Shown one piece after another: positions 53,538-64,000 of a stretch of DNA of 64,000 nucleotides (its first letter is position 1; the number at the start of each line of letters is the position of its first letter). The translations under genes and the position numbers were made by a program. Origin of the DNA: the human T2T-CHM13v2.0 reference genome, Homo sapiens. The notes beneath the pieces were generated by a model. That model searched no databases, was not told where the DNA came from, and worked only from the letters and a program-made list of their open reading frames with translations. The stretch lies in assembly GCF_009914755.1 (NCBI RefSeq), contig NC_060928.1. One strand, written 5' to 3'.

Positions 53538-55248
53538 TACTTGCCCCAAATATGATATAAATTTATTCAAGTCAGCCAAAAATGTTTTAGTTTATTAGAG
53601 AGCTAAGTCAAGAAATTTGTCAGAAAAACAAAACAATGAGAGCAAAACGAAAAAGAAATAGTGAACATAAATTTCCAGAAATAGATGTATTTCATTTAAA
53701 TTGTTTAAAAAATTATTTAAGTAAAATAATTCAAGAAAAAGAAACAGAAATTAAATGCATAATTCTTAGACTTTAGTATTAATGATTTTGATGCATTATC
53801 ATGGGTCAGTCAATGGAATAGTGCCAGTTTCCAAATCTGAATCAAAATGAGGAAAAAATTAGTTGTACATTAGCAGTTGGTTAAATAATAAACCATAAAG
53901 TTACAAATCTGAATGACTAATTTCAACACACTGTGATTAAAGATTTGGTAATTCAATGTTTTTATATTGTAAAATGAGGAAGATATCTTTTAACCTAGCA
54001 ACAGTAAACACACAAAACATTCCCCATTAAAGTGACCATATGTAATAAATTATGATCAATGTTTTGGCTTATCTAGAAGTTACTATAATATTTTGTGGAT
54101 GGAAGTAATTGATCCAAGGGCCCCAAGTAATATTAGTTAATTTGCTGTAACTTATTATTAAATGAAGTTACGCTGCACCCTAATTCCTGATGTACAGAAA
54201 CTGATAATATTTGTTGTTTTAAGCTGGGGTAAATTTGGGGGTAATTTGTTACCCAGCAATAGACAACTAATGAAGTACCTCATCAGACATATTGTCAGGT
54301 TAATTGGCTAAAGATGAATTTCTGACCCAATATGAAAAAAATAATAAAACTTATGCATTCTTTATTCTGAAACCTACTCTGTTTCACATATCATTTTCGT
54401 GAAGGGTAGAGTTGAGAAGTGTGTAGAGCTCCTACCTCAGAAATACATTACTTCAAACATTAAAAGAAGGAAGAGGAAAGCTGAAATAGAAAACATAAAT
54501 TGTCTTCACTTTACCGTAATAAAAATCATGATATATTCATTTGTGGATATACACCTAGGAGCCTTGAAAATGAATATTTTACTTGTAAAACAAGTAGAAT
54601 CAATTATTTTATTAGTAAATTCATACAGAACCTAAAAATAAAACTAAAAAAATTAAATGACTGAGGATTGGGATCCATTTATGTGATTTTGCCAAATAAA
54701 TATTGAGAACCTTCTACGTAAGAGATTAGAACCCAGTCGCTGAGAAACAAATAAAAGACAAGTTTGACAAGTTTTATAACCCAAGTTTGACTACTGTAGC
54801 AGCTAGCAATCCATCGTGATCTTAACTATACTTGTGTTTGCATTCATATTACTGGAAAGTGGTAAAGAACCAAAAACTGTCTAGGAACCAAAATAACACT
54901 CGACCCGAAAACCAACACTTGGACCTGAAGAAAGTAACCCTTGTCATTTCTCAGGTTTATTTCACAATGACGCTGGGTTACTACTTGGAGTCCTAAACCG
55001 AACTACACCCCAATGGCCTAGAAACAGAAGGAACACACCCAGTTCCGCCTCCTGACAGTGATTCCTCACTTTAATGAGCCACCACTACTGTCACTCAAGA
55101 TGCTTCGCACTGTCATTGGTCGCAAACTCTTGCTGGTCGGCCAGTTTCGGCCAACTGGCAAGCACTGGTTGTCTTTATTTTCGAGAAAAGTGAAGGTGAA
55201 CAGGGAAAAGAGACAAGAGATCTAAAATATCTAGGTTGACTCCTGTAC

Positions 55249-55506
55249 CTGAGCGACCTGCGATCTCCACCGCCGCCGCGACGAATTGGCCTCTGGGCGG
55301 GGACTTTTAGCCAAAAGGAAAATGGCTCAGCCGGGAACTGGTGCCCAGGCCATGGAGAAGCTGGTTCAAACTTTACTTGTCCACACCGGTAGAGGTGACC
55401 GCGATGAGAATACCAGAAACAGCACTACGACCCTCAGAACTCAGGGTACCTCCAGCTGCAGGGGCCAGAACTGCCGACTATCCCAATTTTGACGTTTCCT
55501 ATTGTT
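55249..55506 (-). other. FBXO8: FBXO8 non-coding exon 1 (5' end approximate)
   Basis: Lies in the CpG-rich region just downstream of the ETS-CRE motif; donor ctcag|GTACAG at 55248. The TSS cannot be fixed from sequence. Confidence 0.7.
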
Positions 55507-55559
55507 GCCGGAAGTGACGTTAGGCTCCGACTCTTAACGGAGACGCATTTTTATTTCTG

Positions 55560-55782
55560 TTGTTTACGATTCGCTATAGATTCCTTGTTTCTCACTTCGT
55601 AGCACGAGCCACTCTGACCATCAAGATCAGAAAAACTTCTCAGCTGCAAGTTAGAAGTGGACTGGCCATTGAGGAGGCTCTCAGCGGAGTCGCTCTTCAC
55701 AGGAGTCTTGAACGCGGTGTGGAATCGGCAGCGAGGAATCCTGGAGCACAGAGAAGCTCCCAGCTTTGAAGGTCTTGCGGTG
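55560..55782 (+). other. CEP44: Probable non-coding first exon of the divergent gene CEP44 (start approximate)
   Basis: Candidate donor gcggtg|GTGCGT at 55783. The identity rests on recalled head-to-head FBXO8/CEP44 gene order; no CEP44 coding sequence is visible in the window. Confidence 0.5.
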
Positions 55783-58700
55783 GTGCGTGGCGGGCAGGAA
55801 CCCACAATTCCAAATACAAACGGTCGGCGCGAGAAGCGCTTCTGGGCGCAGGCGCCTGGCTGTAGCGACTGGTTGCGGGAGGCTGGACTCTGGTGACTGT
55901 GTATGGTTGCATATGCTCCGTTTTCCTCTCCCTGTCGTGCTGGGCCTTTGAAACCGGCTTCTTTGCTGGTGGCTGCTTGGTGAGCCCCGAGGAGACGGCA
56001 AGGCTGCGCCTGGTATTGGGCGGAGGTCGCCTCTCTCCGCCGTCCTTACAGAGACCCCGGGCGGAGACGAATGACCAGATCCGCCTTTTCATTCTTTTAA
56101 ATCAAATGGCGGGAGGGGAGCCTTGCTTATATACCCAACTAGTATATGCTTTTAGTCACAACGAAGTGGGAAGTATCGTGGTAGCTCATCCTATCAGAAT
56201 TAGGTTGTGACTTAGGGTTGGAAAGTTATAGGCTTACTGATTCCTATTGGATCCTCTGGGGTGAGGATACAAACGGCTCCTGACTATAAGGAAGACAGGA
56301 CAGCAGTTCGTGTTTTCCTTGTTGGCATTTCCCCAGCTTTTCAAATATTTCTCCACCTTTATTGAAGGCTACAGATTTTTCCCTCACTGTAACAAGTTAA
56401 TCTTGAAGTTGTTATTCTCTTTTACTCTGGAATTATGGCCATGCTAGACTGTTTTTTTCCCGAATTATCTGCAGACCTTTTAATTTTATGTGTGAACACA
56501 GCAGTCCCGTTGAACTCTTTACTTGTCCCTTACTCCTCCCCACTCCCGCCCAGCTTTCTCGATGCTTTGCCTTTCTCAGACCTTTCTCCTATCTCTTAGA
56601 GAAGTATTTCCCTAATATCTTTTGCAGTTTCATAAACTGTTTTTCTCATCTTTACTTTTTTGTTTTTGATACGTGTTTTTAGATAATATCGAGCATTATG
56701 TGCTATGTCACAAACTCTTAGCCATTGACTGTTATTAGAGTCAGTGTAGTTGCTTCATTCTAAACAAAAATCACTCTGGTCCAGTGACATTCTATTGGGA
56801 GGCATTGTTTTAATGACCTCTAACAGCAATGAGATTGAGCGATGTTGAAAATCCTAAACTGCTAGAGTACACTATTTTCACAACCTCTCCCACAAGTTCA
56901 ATTGCGCAGATCTGACTTGTAGACAAGGAAGGAAGCTAGAAAGGAATATTGAGAGCTTCTTTATTATTGAATCTATGCTGCAAGCTGAGTGGTATCTCCT
57001 TTTTTCCTTAGTTTGCCTTTGATCAGTGCTATAAGTTGAAAATGTTAAATTTTTAAAAGTATTTTTCATTAATGAAAGTAAGGTGTTAAAATGTACATAA
57101 GTAATAGATTGGCTTCTTTTAATGTCTTGTTTTTAAGGCTTTTGAATTTTATAGTAGACTTAGTAAAGCCCTTTGTGAGAATGTAGAGCAGTAGCTGTAA
57201 TTTTATTCTGTGATAATCCCAATTTTAAATCCCTTTATTTTTCTGTCTCCTATCACTTACCTCGTTCACGAGCTCTGCTTGTATTACTCTTCAAAATATT
57301 TATTCACTGGTACTGAAGAGAGACATAACTTTGTTGTCAGAAATTCCATTATCAGAGGTAGAAATCATGTAAGAGACACTGAAATGTTTTCCAAAATGTC
57401 AGAAAAAGGAAAGGTGAGAAGATATCATAAAGTGTTACGTAAAACAGAATTACTTGCACTGGGAAAATGGAATATACATCTGGAAGGACTAAAGGAAGTC
57501 TGGAAAGACATAGAATTTACATTAAAGTTACTGGGAAGAAGGTATCCCTAGAAGAATTGTGTTACGATAGATGGGTCTGGAACCCGAAAGAAGCTCAGAC
57601 CTACTATATTGGCCAGTGGCAAAATCCAAGAATACATTTTTTGCGGTTAAAGCCAGAGTAGTCCTCACTTCATGTTTTTCAGGAAAGTAAAGGCTTATCT
57701 TGGGAAATCCCTTTTAGGCTTCCGTGTGTCCATCTACCCCCAGTCAGTCTAAAGGATATTAAATAGGGTTTACCTTCTTGGCCAGTGTTTTGTATAATGT
57801 GATTTCAGGATGACTTTCTCTTTTTCTAGTTATCTCCCATTTGACAGTACCTAAAATTATCTCTGTCTAGAAATGTAAATGTTTAGTTGAAGTAATTTAT
57901 TGGCTGAAAAATAGTGACTAAAATGTGCATGCACAAGTCTATAAAGTATATTCAATAAGCTGTTGCCTACCATGTTGATAAAGGAGACTAGGAACAGAAA
58001 GGTAGGTTCATAAAGAGGGAGCAGTTGCTCTACCCTGGGGAAATGGCTGTGGAAATGAGTGGCGAGGGGCTTAAAGTAGGAAGCTTACTAAATTTAGGAT
58101 TTTGTAAATCGGTGACCTTCTTACCTTTCCTTATTTAAAGATAGAGAAACGGTGTGTAAAGGGATGATTTGTATCCTGGACAGCTGGGTAATGCGAATTG
58201 GAGGAAAAGATCACACTAACCCAGCTTCACCTGATTTATGAATTGTTCTGTTTTCATTTTAATATAATGACTTCATTTTAATGTGATAACTTCATTTTAA
58301 AGGAGCTTCATTCTCAAAGGGTTCATTACTCAAGGTATTGTTATGTATTACTTTTCTTCTATGAAGTGTCCATGGACAGTTGTGGTAGATGTTTTTATGT
58401 AAGTTATTGAGTTTCACGTTACTGGCTGACTAGACTTTTATAGTTCAGAAACTTACCTCCTTCCAGCAAAGGTTCTTAATCGTTTATATACCTATTTATG
58501 ACTCTTCTTTGGGAAAAATCTCCTTTGATAATCTAATGAAAGTCCCACTCCATGCAAGAAAATTAGTCATTTAGAAATAAATTCCATGCTATTACTTTTG
58601 GGGCAGTTTTTAAAAAATGAATCATTTTGTTTAAAGTCTCAGTTCGTTCAAATCTTTTGGTTCACGTATGTGTTTTTCTGTTGTGTACATTCTTCAGAGT

Positions 58701-61672
58701 CATATTCCTGTTTCATAGGCCCCATGTATGTCAGCTTTTAGTAGGTATCACCAGTAAGTTTTCCAAAATAATTGTACCATTTACTCTTTCTGTAAAAAGC
58801 ATAGATATTTTGAATTTCTTGCCTTTTTTTCTGTGTTCACCTTTTCTTCTTGGAAGTAGACAGCTGGCTAACCAGCAGGAGTTTGGGACCGATGACAGTG
58901 CAAAACATCTTGACTGACAATGGTGGTGGCTTATTAAAGTGAAGAATCAGCATCAAGAGGGGGAATCGGTGTATTCCTTCTATTTCTAGGCCATTGGGAT
59001 ATAGGTCGTTATGGGACCCCAGGTAGTAACCCAGCTCATTCTGAAATAGAGCTGAGAAATGACAAGGATTAAGTGTTGCTTTTCAGGTAGAGTGCTATTT
59101 TGGACCCTTGGCACAGATTTTGGTTCTTTATTATGATAAGTACCAAGAAGGAAAAGAACTGGGTCTATTAGAGAAAATTAATGAGGGGGATTAATTAGTT
59201 TGGGATCTAAGACTTATTTGAGGTGGTGACATTTAAGCAGGATGCCGAGGGGTATTAGCCAGATGGAGAATGGGAGAGGGAAGGAGTTGCTCTGTATCTC
59301 TTCAAGCTTGAAGAAATGGCATGTGCAAAGGTGTTGAACAGCTTGAGATATCACCAAACATCCTTATCCAGGTCCAGGAACTTTATCCCAGATACCATTT
59401 CTGTTATTTGTTGCTTTCTATAATATTTTAAATTAACTAAATCACACACATTCTCTTTTTCATCATTACTTGGTAAGTGGAATGTTTTGATTTTCCCTTC
59501 TGGTTATGATTTACATGTATTAACTTATTAATACACGAAGATCAAAAAGTGACCAAAATTGTTCAAAAGGTACAATTTATTATAGGATAATTATAATTAT
59601 TTCATGCTGACAATATGTTTATAAGTGTTTTGCAGTAACCTTTTTGTTTCTATAATTTCATGGTAAGAAAGAAAATGAATTAGGTAGAGCTAGTAATACC
59701 AGGTATAGACAAGAATGTAGTATTTAAAGCTAATATCTGAAATTCTCTTCTTGCATCTGCTAACTGAACGAGAAAATTCTGTGTGTGAGAATGGAAAACT
59801 TTGGGTGAAAAGTGAAAACTTGGATTTTGTAGTCCAGGCCCTTAATTAAGTAGATAACACACTCAGAAGGAGAAAATTTGGGGTGCTTTATATACAAAGG
59901 GACTATTTTTAGAGGTGTGTGTACAGGGATCTGGTGCTGCTTCATTTTTTAACCTGTTTATTGCGGTATGATTGACATACAGAAAGCTATAGACATTTAA
60001 TGTATACAGTTTCTGTTTGGAGATAAGTAGATATTGTGAAACCATCCAACCATTATTACTACAAGAAATCAATGCCATCACCTTGAAAAGTTTCCTTCTA
60101 CTCATCTTTTTTTCACGTTTTGTGATAAGAGCACTTAACATTAGATCTAACTTCTTAGCAAAATTTTAAGAATACAATATTGCTAATCACAGACACTGGG
60201 TTGTACCTGCAGATCTTATTTATTTTGCCTAACTGAAACTTTGTACCCTTTGAACAACAGCTTCCCATTTTGTTCTCCCCATGTTCCCTTACAACCACCA
60301 TTCTATTCTCTGCTTGCATGTATTTGACTATTTTAGATTTCACATACATTGAGATAATACAGTATTTGTCTTTTTGTGTTTAGCTTATTTCACTTAGCAT
60401 AATGTCCTTCAGGTTCATCCATGTTGTTGCAAATGGCAGGATTTCCTTCTTTTTTAAAGGCAAATTTGTTTATTCTCACATTTTTGTTGGGGTCCCTAAG
60501 GTTTTCTACATCTAAGATCATGTCATCTGCAAACAGATATTGTACCTCTTCTCTTTTTATTTGGATGTTTTTAATTTATTTTTCTTACCTAGTTATTCTG
60601 GCTAGGACTTAAAATACTACGCTGAATAGGAGAGGCTAAAGTAGGCAACCTTGCCTTGTTCCTCATCTTATGGGGAAAGCTTTCAGTTTTTTATCTTTAA
60701 GTATCTTAGCTGTGGGCTTCTCATAAATGGACTTTATTTTGTTTTTCCTTTACCTAATTTGCTATAAGGTTCTTCCATACCTAGTTTATTGGGAGTTTTT
60801 ATCACAAAAGAGTATCGAATTTTGTCAAGTGCTTTTTCTGCATCTGTGCAGATGCCCATGTGAGTTTTATCCTTCATTCTATTAATGCAGTATATTACAT
60901 TGGTTGGTTGTCATATGTTGAACCATCCTTGCATCACAATGAAAAATCCTACTTGGTCATGGTATATGATTCTTTTAATGTGCTGTTGTGTTTGGTTTGC
61001 TAACATTTCATTGAGGATTTTTACGTCTATATTCATCAAATGTATTAGACTGTAGTTTTCTTGTAGTGTATTTGTCTGGCTTTGGTATCAGGGTGATGCA
61101 GGCCTCAGAATGACTTTGGAAGTGTTCCCTCTTCTTTTTTTTTTTTTTTTAGATATGTTTAATAAGGTTTTGTATTAATTTTTCTTTAAATGTTTGCTAG
61201 AATGTATCTGGCTCTTGGCTTTTCTTTGTTGGGAATTTTTTGATTATTCCATCAATCTCCTTTTTTGTTATTTGTCTATTCAAGCATTCTATTTCTTCTT
61301 GATTCAGTCTTGGTAAGTTATATTTTTCTAGGAATTTACCCATTTTTTTTTAGATTGTCCAATTTGATGGCATATAATTGTTCATAATAGTCCCTTATGA
61401 TACTTTTTATATCTGTGGGATCAATTGTGTCCTCTTTCATTTCTGATTTTGTTTGAGTCTTCTATTTTTAAAGTCTAGCCAAGGATTTGTTGATTTAGTT
61501 TGTCTTTTCAAAAGAGGAACTTTTAGTTTTGTCAATTTTTAAAATTGTTTTTCAATTTTCTATTTCATTTATTTCTAATCTAATCTTTATTATTTTCTTC
61601 CTTCTGCTAATTTTGGATTTAGTTTGTTCTTTTTCTAGTTCCTTGAGGTGTAAAGTTAGGTTGTTTTATTGA

Positions 61673-61993
<321 letters not shown>

Positions 61994-63540
61994 CTTTCTT
62001 CTTCTTAATGAATTTATTGCTATAAACACTTCTCTTATTCTGCTTTTACTGCATCCTATATGTTTGGGTATACTGTGTTTTTATTATTGTTTGTCTTGAG
62101 ATATTTTATAATTTCTGTTTTGATTTATTCTTTGACCCAGTATTATTTAATAGTATGTTATTTAATTCCCCTGTATTTGTGAATTTTTCCATTTTCTTTC
62201 TATTATTGATTTCTAGTTTCATTCCCTCGTGATCAGACAAAATGTTTAGAATGTTTTTAGTCTTCTTAAATTTGTTAAGACTTGTTTTGTGACCTAGGCT
62301 GTGATCAGTTATAGAGAATGTTTCATGTCCTTTTGAGAAGAATGATTATTTTGCTATGGTTGGGTCTCATGTTCTGTATATGCATGTTAGGTCTTTGGTC
62401 TATAGTGTTGTATAGTTTGCAATTTACTTGTTGGTATTCTGTCCGGATGACCAGTACATTATAGACAGTGACGTATCAAAGTCTCCTTCTGTATTGTATT
62501 GATATCTATTTCTTCCTCCAATTCTATCAATATTTGCTGTTGGCATTCTGTCTGGATGACCTGTACATTATAGAGAGTGATGTATCAAAGTCTCCTTCTA
62601 TATTGTATCGATATCTATTTCTTCCTTCAAATCTGTCAATGTTCACTGTATATTTTAAGGTGCTTTGATGTTGGGTGCATATGTATTTTTAGTTGTTGTA
62701 TCTTTCTATTGAATTGACCCTTTTACTATTATATAATGCCTTCTTTGTCTCTTTTGACAGTTGTCGACTTAAAGTCTATTTTGTCTGATATAGATAGCCA
62801 CCCTGCTCTCTTTTGGTTATAGTTTGCATGGAATATCTTTCTCAATCCCTTCACTTTTAGCCTACGTGTGTCCTTAAATGTTAGAGTCTCTTGTAGATAG
62901 CGTATAGTTGAGTGTTGTTTTTATTATCCATTTCAGCCATTCCATGTCTACTGAGAGCCCTTAATTATTAAAAATTTAAAGTAATAATTTTTAATAATTA
63001 AGTACTTAATTGTTTCCATTTTATTCATTGTTTTCTATTTGCTTTCTGTTTCTCCTGTTTTTCTCTTGTTTGTTGTCTTTGTGATTTGATGATTGTAGTA
63101 GAATGCTTTGATTTTTTTCTTTTTTTTGTTTATTTACTATACTTTTTATTTTGGTTACTATGGGGTTTGCATCAAATATTATGTAGTCATAGCAGGCTTT
63201 TTAAAGCTAGTAACAACTTCATTCATATTCAGAATCTCTACACTTCTCCCCCCTCTTCCTCACCAATGTATGTAATTGATTTCAGATTTTACTTCTTTCT
63301 ATATTGTTTCTATTAACAAATTTCTGTGGTTGTTGTAGTTACTCATACTATTTTTGTCTTTTAATTTATATACTAGTGTTCAATGAGATTTACGTGCCAC
63401 AGATTTCAGTATTGCAATATTCCATGTTTGTTTTCATGTTTGCTTTTAGCAGTGAGATGTATACTTTCATATGCTTTCATACTGTTGGTTTAGTATCTTT
63501 TCAGTTAACTTGAAGATCTCCTGTTAGCATTTCTTGTTAG

Positions 63541-63963
<423 letters not shown>

Positions 63964-64000
63964 TAATTATTTTCAGTTGGCAGGTTTCTTTTTTTACTTT

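Larger units (their letters stand above)
55100..56180. promoter_or_regulatory. CpG-rich, likely bidirectional promoter (FBXO8 minus strand / CEP44 plus strand)
   Basis: The only extended non-Alu CpG-dense, GC-rich stretch in the window. CCGGAAGTGACGT (ETS+CRE) at 55508-55520, GC box GGGCGGGGAC at 55295-55304, YY1-like CAAATGGCGG at 56103-56112 and AAAATGGC at 55319-55326. No obvious TATA box. Confidence 0.85.

Noticed and set aside
55286-56210. Cluster of overlapping 61-131 aa ORFs on both strands
   Set aside because: Expected from stop-codon scarcity in GC-rich promoter DNA; several use non-ATG starts and none has a recognisable domain.
57210-57661. 113-aa and 64-aa plus-strand ORFs downstream of the promoter
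   Set aside because: No resemblance to CEP44 or any known protein, and the longer one has a non-ATG start; most likely intronic chance ORFs.

Overview
This is primate (very likely human) genomic DNA, AT-rich and dense in repeats. It holds the complete FBXO8 gene on the minus strand: a non-coding exon 1 and five coding exons that splice into an intact 960-nt ORF for a 319-aa F-box + Sec7-like protein, with a 3' UTR ending near 8.5 kb. A CpG-rich promoter at about 55.1-56.2 kb carries an ETS-CRE composite, a GC box and YY1 motifs. From recalled gene order it is shared head-to-head with CEP44, of which only a non-coding first exon and intron would lie here. The rest is intronic or intergenic: about 15 Alus, several L1/L2/MIR/MLT relics and DNA-transposon MITEs (MADE1, MER81, MER58, MER82, MER2). 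I found no new gene system. The most unusual signal is a set of locally templated insertion and fold-back scars: an Alu arm copied from a neighbouring Alu into another Alu, 72-bp and 42-bp inverted local copies, and a 31-bp palindromic minisatellite next to a hairpin. Also notable are a 64-nt pre-miRNA-sized hairpin, a MADE1 with mirrored substitutions, a tiny TSD-flanked retro-insert, and a predicted translatable exon 2-3 circRNA. Exon coordinates were read base by base; repeat boundaries and subfamily names are by eye and approximate.
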